Assembly (NCBI GenBank): GCA_035285545.1
Contig: JAYKGY010000019.1
Location: forward strand, 64,001-128,000
Length of the DNA: 64,000 bases
Direction: 5' to 3'
DNA from: Snowella sp.
GTDB lineage: Bacteria > Cyanobacteriota > Cyanobacteriia > Cyanobacteriales > Microcystaceae
Part shown: in pieces, positions 39,875 through 52,375 of the stretch
Position numbering within the stretch: the first letter of the stretch is position 1
Layout: the number at the start of each line of letters is the position of its first letter
The notes under the pieces: generated by a model
What the model saw: only the letters and a program-made list of their open reading frames with translations
The model's database searches: none
What the model was told of the DNA's origin: nothing
Position numbers and translations under genes: made by a program

Positions 39875-40267
39875 ATGGAATCTCCAGCATTTTGGCAGGG
39901 TGTCGAGCAGTTTAATCAAGAGGATTTTTATGCCTGTCACGATACCCTAGAAGCCATCTGGATGGAAGCGATCGCGGCGGATAAGAATTTTTATCAAGGC
40001 ATTCTACAAATTGCAGTAGGTTGTTATCATCTCACTAATCATAATTGGCGGGGAGCAGTAACTCTTTTAGGAGAAGGCATTCGGCGGCTTAGCACCTTTC
40101 AACCAGATCATTCAGGCGTTAATGTTGAGCAGTTAGTGAGTCAGAGTTATCAATTACTTCAGCAGTTACAACAAATTGAACCTGATCGGGTACAGGCTTT
40201 TATTGAAGATTTTAAACAAGAAGGCTCATTTCCTTTTCCGAAGATTCAAATCATTCAATCTTACTAG
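39875..40267 (+). CDS. DUF309 family protein
   Basis: FN..DFYACHDTLEAIW...QGILQIAV..YH. Confidence 0.9.
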   Translation: MESPAFWQGVEQFNQEDFYACHDTLEAIWMEAIAADKNFYQGILQIAVGCYHLTNHNWRGAVTLLGEGIRRLSTFQPDHSGVNVEQLVSQSYQLLQQLQQIEPDRVQAFIEDFKQEGSFPFPKIQIIQSY

Positions 40268-40374
40268 GCTTTTTCCCTAGTTGTCCCCTGATTCTGAGAC
40301 CATATTTCTTGTTAAAGGCTTTCATGTCTTATTCTTCTTTATTTTTATAAATTCTTTCAATTTTTCGAGATTTT

Positions 40375-41085
40375 CTAAGGTTTCTGCGCTTCAATATATA
40401 AAGATTCCCACCATCTTTCTTTCCGTTCTATAAAAAGTCTGTGATCAGTTCCTTGGTGAAAATCCACTTTTTTAATGTGGATAAAGCCCGCCATTTTTAA
40501 AAATTGAGTTAAGAGTTCCTCATTCCAAACTGATAAATGAAAAAAACTTTGGGTGAGAAAATGAATCGCTTCACAGCCGGTTTTCCACTGCAAAAATTCT
40601 GGATCGACGGCACATCCTTCATGATAATCAATATATTTTTGCAAATCAGGAACCGTGATTCGTAACCAAGCCTGGGATTTCATGGTGCGATAAAGTTCGT
40701 TTAAAATCGCTAAGACTTCATCGGGATAAAAATGTTCTAGGGTATGTTCTGTAAAAACCCCGTCCCAACTATTCGCCGGACAATTTAAGGGATAACGTAG
40801 GTCTAGCATCCAGTCAGGATCAGGAATATCAGAGGCTCTTTTCGGAAGAAATCCACTAAAAAAATCCGCATTTACCCAATTCCCCGTTTGAGTATTGGAG
40901 CCGCACCCTAGATTTAAAAAATAAGTGTGATTCGTTGTAATTTGTAATTTCCGTTTTTGAAAAAAATGACGACCAATCCAACTTTTTATCTCAAAAATAA
41001 GTAGGGTTTTCCAGGTTCTTTTAAATCCCTGAATATCAGTTAGAATGTCGAACGTGACCAAAGAAGAAGGCGGTGATACTGTCAT
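40375..41085 (-). CDS. Class I SAM-dependent methyltransferase
   Basis: LNLGCG, WVNAD, EHTLEH, LRITVPD. Confidence 0.85.
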   Translation of the reverse strand: MTVSPPSSLVTFDILTDIQGFKRTWKTLLIFEIKSWIGRHFFQKRKLQITTNHTYFLNLGCGSNTQTGNWVNADFFSGFLPKRASDIPDPDWMLDLRYPLNCPANSWDGVFTEHTLEHFYPDEVLAILNELYRTMKSQAWLRITVPDLQKYIDYHEGCAVDPEFLQWKTGCEAIHFLTQSFFHLSVWNEELLTQFLKMAGFIHIKKVDFHQGTDHRLFIERKERWWESLYIEAQKP

Positions 41086-41114
41086 AACAAGTCTCGGCGA
41101 TTGATTAATCGTCT

Positions 41115-43022
41115 CTAGGAAATGAGGGATGTTCTAAACTGTCTTTCTAAATAAACTAAAAGCGCATTAATATCCGCCGGATTAACGCCCCCAATCCGCG
41201 ATGCTTGGCTAATGGTTAGGGGTTTAATTTGGGTTAGTTTTTCCCGTGCTTCCATCGATAAGGTGTCAATGGACATATAATCTAAATTTTCAGGCAGTTG
41301 GCGTTGGCCATAACGGCTGACTTGTTCAATTTGAATTTGTTGACGCTTGATATAGCCGGAATATTTGATTTCAATTTCGGCTCCTTCTTTTTCCGATCGC
41401 GCGAGTTGGGGATTCCCTAAACCGTATTCTTCCAAGTGACGATAATGAAAACCCGGACGACGCAATAAATCCGCTAGGGTAATAGCCCCCTTGATTTTTT
41501 GTTGGGTCGCAGCCGCGATCGCCTGGCCAATTTCATCATGTTCTTTCACGCGAGTTTCGTATAACCGCTCTTTTTCCGCAGTAATATGGGCTTGTTTACG
41601 TTGATAGAGTTCCCAACGGCGATCGTCAATCAGTCCAATTTCCCGACCTAAAGGCGTTAACCGTTGATCCGCATTATCAGAACGTAAAATTAGACGATAT
41701 TCCGAGCGGCTCGTTAACATGCGGTAGGGTTCACGCAAATCTTTTGTGCAAAGATCATCAATCAGCGTTCCCAAATAGCTTTCCTCACGGGGGAAGACCT
41801 GCATTTCTAACCCTCGGCAAAACCGTGCCGCATTGATCCCCGCCACAATCCCCTGGGCTGCCGCTTCCTCGTAACCCGTTGTACCGTTAATCTGGCCCGC
41901 ACAAAATAGACCCTCAATTTTCTTGGTCATCAAAGTCGGATAGCACTGGGTTGCGGGAATGAAATCGTACTCCACCGCATAGGCAGGACGCAACATGACA
42001 CAATTTTCTAACCCTGGCAAGGTATGCAACATGGCCAACTGGATATTTTCCGGCAATCCTGTCGAAAACCCCTGAATATAAAGCTCAGGAATATCGCGCC
42101 CTTCCGGTTCAATAAAAATTTGATGACTTTCCTTATCCGCAAAACGAACAATTTTATCTTCAATCGAAGGACAATAACGGGGGCCTTTAGAATCGATAAA
42201 GCCGCCATAAATTGGCGATAAATGTAAATTTTCCCGAATTAACTCGTGGGTTTTTTGGGTCGTGCGGGTGAGATAGCAGTTCATTTGTTCCCGTTCTACC
42301 CAAGCTTCGGGATCAAAACTAAACCAATTAATTTCAGCATCAGGGGGTTGGGGTTCCAATCGGCTGTAATCGACCGATCGCTTATCCACCCGTGCAGGCG
42401 TACCCGTTTTTAATCGTCCTGTCTCAAATCCCAACTCATTCAACGTTTCCGTTAACCCGATGGCGGCAAATTCTCCGGCTCGACCGGCTGGCATGGATTT
42501 CCCCCCAATCCAAATTTTGCCCCCTAAAAAAGTTCCGGTGGTTAAAATGACGGCCTTAGCCCCAAAACAAGAACCAAAATAGGTTTGAATCCCGACAATC
42601 TCGTCATTGTGACCTAAGACCACATCCGTTACCATCCCTTCACGGACGCTGAGGTTTTCCTGATTTTCAATGATATTTTTCATGACGGCTGCATATTCCC
42701 GTTTATCGGTTTGTGCCCGTAATGCCCAGACCGCCGGCCCCCGTGAAATATTCAAGACTCGTTTTTGGAGATAGGTGCGATCGGCCATTTTGCCAATTTC
42801 TCCCCCCAAAGCATCGACTTCATGGGTCAATTGGGATTTGGCAGGGCCCCCCACGGCGGGATTACAGGGTTGCCAGGCGATCTTGTCTAGATTCAAGGTG
42901 AGTAACAAAGTACGACATCCCAAGCGAGCCGATGCCAAGGCAGCTTCACAACCGGAATGGCCCGCTCCGACGACAATCACATCAAAAGCGTCTTGAAAGT
43001 CTAGCGGTAATCTGAGTGTCAT
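41115..43022 (-). CDS. mnmG: tRNA uridine-34 modification enzyme MnmG/GidA
   Basis: [50 protein letters not shown]. Confidence 0.98.
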   Translation of the reverse strand: MTLRLPLDFQDAFDVIVVGAGHSGCEAALASARLGCRTLLLTLNLDKIAWQPCNPAVGGPAKSQLTHEVDALGGEIGKMADRTYLQKRVLNISRGPAVWALRAQTDKREYAAVMKNIIENQENLSVREGMVTDVVLGHNDEIVGIQTYFGSCFGAKAVILTTGTFLGGKIWIGGKSMPAGRAGEFAAIGLTETLNELGFETGRLKTGTPARVDKRSVDYSRLEPQPPDAEINWFSFDPEAWVEREQMNCYLTRTTQKTHELIRENLHLSPIYGGFIDSKGPRYCPSIEDKIVRFADKESHQIFIEPEGRDIPELYIQGFSTGLPENIQLAMLHTLPGLENCVMLRPAYAVEYDFIPATQCYPTLMTKKIEGLFCAGQINGTTGYEEAAAQGIVAGINAARFCRGLEMQVFPREESYLGTLIDDLCTKDLREPYRMLTSRSEYRLILRSDNADQRLTPLGREIGLIDDRRWELYQRKQAHITAEKERLYETRVKEHDEIGQAIAAATQQKIKGAITLADLLRRPGFHYRHLEEYGLGNPQLARSEKEGAEIEIKYSGYIKRQQIQIEQVSRYGQRQLPENLDYMSIDTLSMEAREKLTQIKPLTISQASRIGGVNPADINALLVYLERQFRTSLIS

Positions 43023-43359
43023 AAATCACGCCAAAAATGGTTAATTCTGTGCTGAGTGCTGTTTCATTTTAACAGATTCAGTGAGCGTACCCCATTGCGT
43101 TAATTTGCTTGAAAGCCAGATTATTCAAGGTTTAAAATAGCTTTCTGGAGCAGTGTGCAAGTCAAATTAAGCTAAATCCCATTACCAAGGAATAAGGGAG
43201 AGACGAATCAATCCTCCCCAGACCCCCAGACCGCAATGATAAAATCTTCAGTAGTAAACAGACAACACTGCTTACTGGGATTCGGTTCGGTTTGAGTTTT
43301 TTCTCAACCTAGCCCTAAGATCTTTTCTGAGTAGCCCATCGCATCCAATCATTACAACA

Positions 43360-45267
43360 ATGCTAGAGACGGTCTTCTCTTGCCCTTTAGTCCAAGACCC
43401 CGATCGCTTAGAAAGTCGCCTGAAGGAAATCCCTAACGATCCAGGCGTGTATTTTATGCGGGATAAAACGGGGGATATTCTCTACATTGGTAAAGCCAAA
43501 AAACTCAGAAATCGCGTTCGTTCCTATTTTCGTGACTCGCCTTCCCATAATGCCCGCATTGCCCTGATGGTCAGACAGGTGGCAGAGATAGAGTTTATTG
43601 TCACCGATACGGAATCGGAAGCCTTAGCCTTAGAAGCGAATTTAATTAAGCAGCATCAACCGCATTTTAATATTCTGCTCAAAGATGATAAAAAATATCC
43701 CTATGTTTGCATTACGTGGTCAGAGGATTATCCCCGCATTTTTATTACCCGTAAACGGCGATTAGGCAATGCAAAAGACCGCTACTATGGCCCCTATGTG
43801 GATACACGGCTATTGCGGCAGACTTTGCAGATAATTAAGCGCATTTTTCCCCTTCGTCAACGGCCTCAACCCCTATTTAAAGACCGACCCTGTTTAAATT
43901 TTGATATGGGTCGCTGTCCTGGGGTTTGTCAAAAGTTAATCACACCGGAAGAGTATCGGCAAACGCTACAAAAAGTGGCCATGATTTTTCAGGGGCGATC
44001 GCAGGAATTGACCCATAAACTCCAACAACAAATGGACAAAGCGGCGGAAGAATTACGGTTTGAACAGGCTGCAACCCTACGGGATCAGTTAAATGCCCTG
44101 AATAGCCTCAATGCCGATCAAAAAGTCGCCTTACCCGATGACACCATTTCCAGAGACGCGATCGCCTTAGCCCGTGAGGGACAAAATTGTTCGATTCAAC
44201 TCTTCCAAATTCGGGCAGGTCGCTTAGTGGGGCGTTTAGGATTTTTTGCGGATGGGCAATCGGCTGAATCTGGCGCAATTTTACAACGAGTACTGGAAGA
44301 ACATTACAGCCAGGTTGAATCAGTCGAAATTCCTAGCGAAATTTTAGTACAACACGCCTTGCCCGATGAGGAACTATTGCAACAATGGCTCAGCGATCGC
44401 CGAGGTCGAAAAGTGACGATTATCACACCCCAGCGGCAAACCAAGGCAGAACTGATTGAAATGGTGGAACGCAACGCCCGCTATGAATTGGAACGAACCC
44501 AACGCTTAGCCGAACGGGACTTACGAGCATTAGAAGACTTAGCCGAGATTTTGAGTTTACCCGAACTGCCCAAACGCATTGAAGGTTACGATATTTCCCA
44601 TATCCAAGGCTCAAATGCGGTGGCTTCCCAAGTGGTCTTTATTAATGGCGTTCCTGCGAAACAACATTATCGTCACTATAAAATTAAAAACCCTGAAGTG
44701 ACGATTGGCCATTCCGACGATTTTGCCAGCTTAGCGGAAGTCATTGGTCGCCGTTTTCGTAAGTATGCCCAGCTTCATGAGCCTACGGAGGTTTTAGCCA
44801 ATTCTGAGGAACAAAATCATCAAACCGCCGATTTTCCTGATGTGGTGATGATTGATGGGGGTAAGGGTCAATTATCGGCCGTTGTCGCTGTTTTAGCAGA
44901 AATGAAGCTACTGGATCAGTTAACCGTGATTAGTTTAGCCAAGCAACGGGAAGAGATTTTTGTTCCCAATGAATCCCAGCCCCTACCAACCGATGCCGAA
45001 CAACCAGGCGTACAGCTTTTACGACGAGTACGGGATGAGGCTCACCGTTTTGCCGTCACCTTCCATCGTCAACAACGCTTATCCAACAGTCGGCGATCGC
45101 GGCTAGAGGAAATTCCAGGTCTAGGATTTCAGCGTCAAAAACAACTTCTGGCTCATTTTCATTCTTTGGATTACATTCGAGAAGCATCTTTAAAGCAGTT
45201 AAAACAAGTAGAAGGAATCGGCGATCATCTAGCCAAACAAATTTATGACTACTTCCATCCTAATTAA
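43360..45267 (+). CDS. uvrC: Excinuclease ABC subunit C
   Basis: PGVY...YIGKAK.LR.RV.SYF (GIY-YIG), [23 protein letters not shown], HhH. Confidence 0.98.
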   Translation: MLETVFSCPLVQDPDRLESRLKEIPNDPGVYFMRDKTGDILYIGKAKKLRNRVRSYFRDSPSHNARIALMVRQVAEIEFIVTDTESEALALEANLIKQHQPHFNILLKDDKKYPYVCITWSEDYPRIFITRKRRLGNAKDRYYGPYVDTRLLRQTLQIIKRIFPLRQRPQPLFKDRPCLNFDMGRCPGVCQKLITPEEYRQTLQKVAMIFQGRSQELTHKLQQQMDKAAEELRFEQAATLRDQLNALNSLNADQKVALPDDTISRDAIALAREGQNCSIQLFQIRAGRLVGRLGFFADGQSAESGAILQRVLEEHYSQVESVEIPSEILVQHALPDEELLQQWLSDRRGRKVTIITPQRQTKAELIEMVERNARYELERTQRLAERDLRALEDLAEILSLPELPKRIEGYDISHIQGSNAVASQVVFINGVPAKQHYRHYKIKNPEVTIGHSDDFASLAEVIGRRFRKYAQLHEPTEVLANSEEQNHQTADFPDVVMIDGGKGQLSAVVAVLAEMKLLDQLTVISLAKQREEIFVPNESQPLPTDAEQPGVQLLRRVRDEAHRFAVTFHRQQRLSNSRRSRLEEIPGLGFQRQKQLLAHFHSLDYIREASLKQLKQVEGIGDHLAKQIYDYFHPN

Positions 45268-45450
45268 CCCCCTTACTCTTGCCAAAGTGGGAGGCTTTCC
45301 TTGTAAATTCTCAACCCTAATCATTTAAATCATGATTGTGATTATCAACAACAATTAATTGATTTGCCGGATCAGCCAATTGTGCTACCCAATTCACCAG
45401 AAAAATCATTAAATTTAAACATTATTTTTTCGTTAAGCCAGTTATCAACA

Positions 45451-46986
45451 ATGGATTTAAGTCAGCTAATAGAAACCATGCAAAATCGGGAGTTTTATCC
45501 CCATCCGACTTCGACAGAAATTCGAGTGATTCAAACCCATTGCTCAATTGTTTTTTTAACAGGAAATTATGCTTATAAACTGAAGAAAGCGGTTGATTTT
45601 GGCTTTTTGGATTATTCAACCCTAGAGAAACGACACCATTTCCTCCAACAAGAGTTGGTAATGAATCAGCCCCTTGCTCCTGATATTTATCTATCCGTAT
45701 TACCCATTAGTCAAGTCGGCGATCGCTTAATTCTAGACAGCCAAGAAAACATTGTAGAATATGCCTTAAAAATGGCGGAGTTTCCCCAAGCGTCATTGTT
45801 GATTAATTTATTTGAAGCAGGGGAATTACAGGAATTTCATTTACGAGAGTTGGGAAAGATTGTTGCAGATTTTCATTGCAAAACCTTGACAAACGAATAT
45901 ATTAAAAGCTTTGGTCAAATTGAAGTCATTAAAGCATCCATTGACGATAATTATCAAGCAACCCAAAAATATATTGGCATTGCCCAGACCTTAGAACAGT
46001 ATCAAGCCACTCAACAATTTACCGATAATTTTGTTGTTAAAAATCAATCTATTTTTGAAAAGCGTTGTTTAACGGATAAGATTCGAGAATGTCATGGCGA
46101 TTTACACCTTAAAAATATTTGTTACTGGCAAAATAAAATTCAACTATTTGATCGCATTGAATTTAATGAACCCTTTCGGTTTGTGGATGTCATATACGAT
46201 ATTGCCTTTACGGTAATGGATTTAGACGCAAGGGGACGAAACGATTTCAGTAATATTTTTCTGAATACCTATTTAGAACAAACGGGAGATTGGGAAGGGT
46301 TACAAGTTTTACCCTTTTATTTGTGTCGCCAAGCCTACGTTCGAGCCAAAGTTACTTCAATGTTATTGGATGATCCCAATATTGCTGAATCCGAAAAGCA
46401 AGCTGCTCTTGAAACTGCTAAAAATTATTACCAATTAGCCTGGCAATATACTCAATCAACCCAGGGCAAAATTATTTTAATGTCGGGTTTATCGGGTTCG
46501 GGCAAAAGTACCGTTGCGAAATATTTAGCACCTAAAATTAACGCCATTCATCTTCGTTCCGATGCAGTCCGCAAACATTTAGCAGAAATTCCCTTAGATC
46601 AAGCGGGTGATGATAATTTATATTGTCCAGAAATGAGTGAAAAAACCTATCAAAAACTCCTAAATTTAGGGATTTTATTGGCGAAACAGGGTTTTTCTGT
46701 GATTTTAGATGCCAAATATGATCGGACTCAGTGGCGATCGCCGATCATTGAAGCAGCCCAACAAGCCCAAATTCCCCTACAAATTTTTTACTGTCATGCG
46801 CCTATTGAAACCTTACAGACTCGCCTACAAGAAAGAAGGGGAGATATTTCCGATGCAACTCCTGATTTACTAAACTCACAACAAGCTAGTGCTGAACCGT
46901 TTAGTGAACCCGAACAACCCTATGTCATTCCCCTGAATACCCAGGGTGAGGATTGGAAAGTGACCCTTGAGGCTTGGTTAAACTAG
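45451..46986 (+). CDS. Phosphotransferase (APH-like) / P-loop kinase fusion
   Basis: QTH.S, AYKLKK, ECHGDLHL.N, FDRIEFN, GLSGSGKST. ATG 45451 is preferred to TTG 45364. Confidence 0.85.
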   Translation: MDLSQLIETMQNREFYPHPTSTEIRVIQTHCSIVFLTGNYAYKLKKAVDFGFLDYSTLEKRHHFLQQELVMNQPLAPDIYLSVLPISQVGDRLILDSQENIVEYALKMAEFPQASLLINLFEAGELQEFHLRELGKIVADFHCKTLTNEYIKSFGQIEVIKASIDDNYQATQKYIGIAQTLEQYQATQQFTDNFVVKNQSIFEKRCLTDKIRECHGDLHLKNICYWQNKIQLFDRIEFNEPFRFVDVIYDIAFTVMDLDARGRNDFSNIFLNTYLEQTGDWEGLQVLPFYLCRQAYVRAKVTSMLLDDPNIAESEKQAALETAKNYYQLAWQYTQSTQGKIILMSGLSGSGKSTVAKYLAPKINAIHLRSDAVRKHLAEIPLDQAGDDNLYCPEMSEKTYQKLLNLGILLAKQGFSVILDAKYDRTQWRSPIIEAAQQAQIPLQIFYCHAPIETLQTRLQERRGDISDATPDLLNSQQASAEPFSEPEQPYVIPLNTQGEDWKVTLEAWLN

Positions 46987-47049
46987 AAAAAAGATTTAAC
47001 ATTATCTGCGCTTGTTATACTCAGCAAAGCGAGTTTAGCCCTTTTTGGA

Positions 47050-48516
47050 ATGACAACTCAATTTTTAAATAATCGTTATCAAATTCTGGCGACGTTAGGG
47101 AGAGGGGGTTTTGGAGAAACGTTCTTGGCCATTGATACCCACATGCCGTCTGCCCGTAAGTGTGTCATTAAACAACTCAAACCCTTGGTTGAAGATCCCG
47201 AAATTCCAGAATGGTTAAAGGAGCGTTTTCAAAGAGAAGCCGCTATTTTAGAAGATTTAGGGGAAAATAGCACTCAAATTCCCAGACTATACGCCTATTT
47301 TACAGAAAAAAATAACTTTTATCTGGTTCAGGAGTGGATTGAAGGTTTTACCCTGACCCAAACCCACCAACAACAGGGCAATTTTTCTTCAGAAGCGGTC
47401 GAATCCATTTTAATTAACCTGTTGCCCATTTTAGGGTTTATCCATCAATGTCGCATTATCCACCGCGATATTAAACCCGATAATATTATTCTTCGGACTA
47501 ACGATAATAAGCCCGTTTTAATTGATTTTGGCATTATCAAAGAAGCAATGGGGACGGTGGTTAACCCTGATGGGCGGAGTGCCTATTCAGTTGCGTTGGG
47601 AACGCCGGGTTATATGTCCTCGGAACAGGCGGCGGGTCGTCCTGTCTATTCCAGCGATCTCTACAGTTTGGGATTAACGGCAATTTTTCTGTTAACGGGT
47701 AAAACGCCTCAATATTTAGAGTCAGATTCTCGGACAGGGGAGATTTTGTGGCGTAAGGATGCTCCCCAGGTTTCTCCCCAATTGGCTCAAGTCTTGGATC
47801 AAAGTATTCGTTTTCATCCCCGCGATCGCTTTGCCTCAGCCGAAGAAATGCTAGTGGCTCTAGTCAGCCGTATGCCGCCGAGTCGCTCTGTCCCTCAAAC
47901 CTATCCCACTTCAAACCGGACTGCTGCAACCGTGGCAGTGGGGTCTGCGATGAAACGTTCCCATACCTATTCTCAAGCAACCAATGGGGTAACAACAGAC
48001 TTTGAGGAAGAAGAATCCCAACCAAATCCTTTTATTACTTGGTTTGTCTTACCGCTGATTTTTTTAATTATTATTGTCAGTGGCTTGACCCTGGGCTATT
48101 TACTGGTTAAAAGACAACGGATGCAACCGCCGCCCCCTACGCCGATGGAAAGTGTCCCGACCCCAACCCCAGAAACCTATTCCACCCCAACCCCAACGCC
48201 TCAACCCGTCTTTACACCCACGCCCACGCCTCAACCCGTCTTTACACCGACACCGACCCCAACCCCTGTTCCCACGCCCACACCCACGCCTGAAATCGTT
48301 CCCAGTCCCGACATTCCCCCTAGCCCCGAAAATCCAGAGGTTGTTCCTAGCCCAGTAGAAAGCCTCCCCCCTGAGGCGACACCACTTCCTGAAAATACGC
48401 CGGCGGTCGTCCCTACACCGTCCCCCTCTATTGTTATTCCTCCCCCTGTGCCAACTCCGGTTCCGACGGTTAATATGCCTCCTGCGCCCCCTGCGGGAGA
48501 AAAAACGGTTAATTAA
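47050..48516 (+). CDS. Membrane Ser/Thr protein kinase with a Pro/Thr-rich C-terminus
   Basis: LGRGGFG, VIK, HRDIKPDN, DFG; TM segment; PT repeats. Confidence 0.95.
   Translation: MTTQFLNNRYQILATLGRGGFGETFLAIDTHMPSARKCVIKQLKPLVEDPEIPEWLKERFQREAAILEDLGENSTQIPRLYAYFTEKNNFYLVQEWIEGFTLTQTHQQQGNFSSEAVESILINLLPILGFIHQCRIIHRDIKPDNIILRTNDNKPVLIDFGIIKEAMGTVVNPDGRSAYSVALGTPGYMSSEQAAGRPVYSSDLYSLGLTAIFLLTGKTPQYLESDSRTGEILWRKDAPQVSPQLAQVLDQSIRFHPRDRFASAEEMLVALVSRMPPSRSVPQTYPTSNRTAATVAVGSAMKRSHTYSQATNGVTTDFEEEESQPNPFITWFVLPLIFLIIIVSGLTLGYLLVKRQRMQPPPPTPMESVPTPTPETYSTPTPTPQPVFTPTPTPQPVFTPTPTPTPVPTPTPTPEIVPSPDIPPSPENPEVVPSPVESLPPEATPLPENTPAVVPTPSPSIVIPPPVPTPVPTVNMPPAPPAGEKTVN
48196..48248 (+). repeat. In-frame tandem duplication with a 30-bp period
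   Basis: ACGCCTCAACCCGTCTTTACACC at 48196 and 48226 (TPQPVFTP twice). Confidence 0.9.
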
Positions 48517-48637
48517 TTGATAATTAATAGTGAATAATTAATAATTTTTAATATATTTAACGAATTGAGGAATTTATGATTTGTTTTTAAAATTTTTAAG
48601 ATTACTTAGTTAATTCACTATGGTTAATTGTTGAATA

Positions 48638-49879
48638 ATGACGCTTGACCCCAATTCTCAGACAAACTCGTCTAGCACTGAGCCTAACCGCACGGCTAAT
48701 CTGCCATCAATCGGGGCAGAAACCTCTTCTCCTTTGATTCCGCCGCGATCGCCGCAACCGCCTTTTTTCAATCGGAAAGTAGAACCCTCTGATCCTTGGT
48801 TGTTGTTAACCGCCCTGGGGTTAATGGGAATTGGCCTAATTTTCCAGTGGATTTGGTTGGGATTTACGGCCTCGATTCTGGTTTTGATGCTCTCGCTTCA
48901 GGTGATTTTACCCTCGGTTCAACGCTGGATTCAACGCTATTTTACGCCCCAGGAACAGCGATCGCTGATTGGGGGAGTAAGTTTGATTTTGGCGATCGCG
49001 GTCTTAGCTAAATACGTCGGATTTTATGATCTCGTCAGTCAATGGCTGACAACTTTTAAATATGATGAATTTGGCTCCTGGGCAGAATGGGTCGGTGCCT
49101 TAGGGCAAATCATGATTGCCGTCTTAGCGGTCTATGTCGCTTGGCAACAGTATGTAATTTCTAAAGATTTAACCATCCAACAAAACCGGATTACCCAACA
49201 ACAAACGATCGATGCCTATTTTCAAGGAATTTCAGACTTAGCCCTCAATGAAGAAGGAATGCTGGAAGATTGGCCCCAGGAACGGGCCTTTGCAGAAGGC
49301 AGAACCGCCGCCATTTTAGCCAGTGTGGATGCGGGAGGAAAAGCCAAAATTTTGCGTTTTTTATCCCAATCGAAGCTTCTTAGCCCAATTCAGCGCGATT
49401 ATTATTTGGGTCGCCCTATTTTTGATGGTTTAGGCGGTTATCAAGAAGACCGGGCCCAGGGAATACGAGTAATTAACTTAGGGGTGATGTTAGTCTCGGC
49501 AGATTTGTCTTATCAGGATTTACGTTGGGTTGATCTCAGTGAGGTTTACTTGATTCGTGCCAATTTAGCCCATACAGATCTCGTCAAAGCCAATTTATCC
49601 CGTACCGTGCTTTATGAGGCCAATTTAGAAAATGCCGATCTAAAAGGCACTCGTTTATTCTATGGTTCGGTTGAAACGGCTAGTCCCCGCGATCGCGTTC
49701 ATCCCCCCAATTATGAAACGGGAGAACATACAGGAGCAGTAATTGAAAAAAGTAATTTAAGCGGTGTAAAAAATATGAGTGAAGAACAACGCTACTACTG
49801 TTGTGCCTGGGGTGGAGAACTTACTCGTAGAACGATTCCTGGCGGTTGTGAAGGAATTACTAATCAATTAGGACGTTGA
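48638..49879 (+). CDS. Membrane protein with C-terminal pentapeptide repeats
   Basis: About 4 TM segments, QQQTIDAYFQG, short ADL/ANL repeats. Confidence 0.85.
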   Translation: MTLDPNSQTNSSSTEPNRTANLPSIGAETSSPLIPPRSPQPPFFNRKVEPSDPWLLLTALGLMGIGLIFQWIWLGFTASILVLMLSLQVILPSVQRWIQRYFTPQEQRSLIGGVSLILAIAVLAKYVGFYDLVSQWLTTFKYDEFGSWAEWVGALGQIMIAVLAVYVAWQQYVISKDLTIQQNRITQQQTIDAYFQGISDLALNEEGMLEDWPQERAFAEGRTAAILASVDAGGKAKILRFLSQSKLLSPIQRDYYLGRPIFDGLGGYQEDRAQGIRVINLGVMLVSADLSYQDLRWVDLSEVYLIRANLAHTDLVKANLSRTVLYEANLENADLKGTRLFYGSVETASPRDRVHPPNYETGEHTGAVIEKSNLSGVKNMSEEQRYYCCAWGGELTRRTIPGGCEGITNQLGR

Positions 49880-49944
49880 GCGAAATACCCCCCATCCCAT
49901 TTTTATGGTAATTTCGATTAGATCATAAAAATTTAAAAGCCTAC

Positions 49945-51297
49945 ATGCCTTCTTCCCTATTCACCCTGACGACGCAATCTTCCCATCAATCCTTAACCAT
50001 CAATCCTCCTTCGACGGGGTTAGCGTTGAGGGGAACCCTTCGTATACCAGGAGATAAATCCATTTCCCATCGTGCATTGATGTTAGGCGCGATCGCAGAA
50101 GGAGAGACGACGATTGAAGGCTTGTTGCTCGGCGAAGATCCCCGCAGTACGGCCAGTTGTTTTCAGGCAATGGGGGCAAAAATTTCAGAATTAAACAGTA
50201 AAAAAATCATTGTTCAAGGAATAGGGCTAGATAAATTACAGGAACCGGCTGATGTTCTCAATGCAGGCAATTCGGGAACCACAATTCGTTTAATGTTGGG
50301 ACTGTTGGCGGCTCAATCAGGCAAATTTTTTACGGTAACGGGAGATAATTCCCTGCGATCGCGGCCCATGTCGCGGGTGATTAAACCATTACAACAAATG
50401 GGAGCAGAAATTTGGGGACGACAACAAAATACGCTGGCTCCCTTAGCAGTTCAAGGAAAAGCGTTAAAACCCATTCATTATCAATCGCCCATTGCCTCGG
50501 CTCAAGTTAAATCCTGCATTTTATTAGCGGGATTAATGACCGAAGGGGAAACGACCGTCACCGAACCGGCTTTATCCCGTGACCACAGTGAACGGATGCT
50601 TCAGGCTTTTGGCGCAAAATTAAGCATTAACCCAGAAACCAACAGTGTGACGATTTTTGGGCCTGCAACCCTACGGGGACAAACCGTTGTCGTTCCAGGC
50701 GATATTAGTTCTGCGGCATTCTGGCTAGTGGCGGCTTCAATTGTGCCGGATTCTGAATTATTAATCGAAAATGTCGGCATTAATCCCACTCGAACCGGCA
50801 TTTTAGAAGTTTTAAAAGAAATGGGAGCCGATATCACGGAAGAAAATTCCCGTATGGTGACAGGTGAACCCGTTGCAGATTTGCGGGTTAAATCCAGTCA
50901 ACTTAAGGCTTGCACGATTCAGGGCGAAATTATTCCTCGACTGATTGATGAAATTCCGATTTTGGCGGTGGCTGCGGCCTTTGCTGAAGGGACGACTCGT
51001 ATTCAAGATGCGGCTGAACTGCGGGTCAAAGAAAGCGATCGCTTAGCAGTCATGGCAAAAGAATTAAATCGAATGGGGGCCAACGTCACGGAATTTCCCG
51101 ATGGATTAGAAATTCAAGGCGGTTTTCAATTAACCGGAGCCGAGGTGGATAGTGATACCGATCATCGCATTGCCATGAGTCTCGCGATCGCGGCCTTGCA
51201 AACTCAGGGAAAGACGACAATCCATCGAGCAGAAGCGGCTGCCGTTTCCTATCCTGAATTCATTGAAACTCTACAGCAAGTTTGTCAGTCTATTTAG
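49945..51297 (+). CDS. aroA: EPSP synthase
   Basis: [35 protein letters not shown]. Confidence 0.98.
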   Translation: MPSSLFTLTTQSSHQSLTINPPSTGLALRGTLRIPGDKSISHRALMLGAIAEGETTIEGLLLGEDPRSTASCFQAMGAKISELNSKKIIVQGIGLDKLQEPADVLNAGNSGTTIRLMLGLLAAQSGKFFTVTGDNSLRSRPMSRVIKPLQQMGAEIWGRQQNTLAPLAVQGKALKPIHYQSPIASAQVKSCILLAGLMTEGETTVTEPALSRDHSERMLQAFGAKLSINPETNSVTIFGPATLRGQTVVVPGDISSAAFWLVAASIVPDSELLIENVGINPTRTGILEVLKEMGADITEENSRMVTGEPVADLRVKSSQLKACTIQGEIIPRLIDEIPILAVAAAFAEGTTRIQDAAELRVKESDRLAVMAKELNRMGANVTEFPDGLEIQGGFQLTGAEVDSDTDHRIAMSLAIAALQTQGKTTIHRAEAAAVSYPEFIETLQQVCQSI

Positions 51298-51472
51298 AAC
51301 AAAGTTTATTTTTTAGTTTTAGTACGGCTTTACTTCAAAACGTTGTAGAGTTCATCACACCACTAGTACAGCGCATTTTTTCTGCGTTTAATAACCAATT
51401 TTTGGGAAAGATTAAGTTCAGGTTAACTTAATTCAAAAACTTTTTCGTTTATAATAATCAATTATTTTTTAT

Positions 51473-52375
51473 TTGTTCAGAATGATATTGCCTTCCCTGA
51501 ATGATTATTTATCTCGCAAGACGTTTGGTAACGTCCTAAAAGAAGGAAGCAATTTAATCAATTCTATAGAAAAGAATAATGATTCATCCTCGTTACTAAT
51601 TAGTATTATTACCGTTGTTTACAACGCAGAAGAACATTTACAGGCAACCATTGAAAGTGTTGTTCAGCAGACCTATCCAAACATCGAATATATTATCGTT
51701 GATGGCGGAAGTACGGACAAAACCCTATCCATTATTAAGTCCTATGAAAACTTTTTAAGTTATTGGATAAGTGAGCCTGATCAGGGTCTTTATGATGCGA
51801 TGAATAAAGGCATTGCCCTGAGTCATGGTTCCCTCATCGGTTTATTAAATGCGGGGGATACCTACCAACCCAACGCGATCGCGACTATTATGGAACGTTG
51901 GCGATCGCAAAATTTTTCTCAGCCGATTATTTTTACAGGAAATTGCCATATTTTGGCGGAAGATCATCAGCATTATTTCTTTGCATCAGGTGACCCCAGC
52001 AGACTGCCATTGCGAATGATTCCCCATGCCGCGGTTTTTGTCAGTAAGTCCGTTTATGAATCCTTGGGATTATTTAATCTCACGCTCAAGATCGCGAGTG
52101 ATTTTGAATTTTTATGCCGCTGTTATCAAGCCAAAATCCCGTTTGACTTTATTGATGAAACCCTTGTACTCACAGAACCCAGGGGTGTATCTGGCAACTA
52201 CTACCGAAGTGAATGGGACTATGCCCAGGTTCGTTTACAGTATGCCTTTATTGCCCCCTGGCAAGCGATCGCCTTAAGTTTATACTCTTTCGTCAGCATT
52301 ACCGTTCATCAGGGTTTAAAAATTCTAGGATTATGGCACTTGATTGAGAAAAGAAGATATGCAGGCTCCCGTTAG
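51473..52375 (+). CDS. GT2 glycosyltransferase
   Basis: ISIITVVYN, IIVDGGSTD, SEPD.GLYDAMNKG, LNAGD. Confidence 0.9.
   Translation: MFRMILPSLNDYLSRKTFGNVLKEGSNLINSIEKNNDSSSLLISIITVVYNAEEHLQATIESVVQQTYPNIEYIIVDGGSTDKTLSIIKSYENFLSYWISEPDQGLYDAMNKGIALSHGSLIGLLNAGDTYQPNAIATIMERWRSQNFSQPIIFTGNCHILAEDHQHYFFASGDPSRLPLRMIPHAAVFVSKSVYESLGLFNLTLKIASDFEFLCRCYQAKIPFDFIDETLVLTEPRGVSGNYYRSEWDYAQVRLQYAFIAPWQAIALSLYSFVSITVHQGLKILGLWHLIEKRRYAGSR

Noticed and set aside
48510..48637. AT-rich TAATT/AATTA repeats resembling STRR
   Set aside because: Irregular period; indistinguishable from a low-complexity AT-rich spacer.
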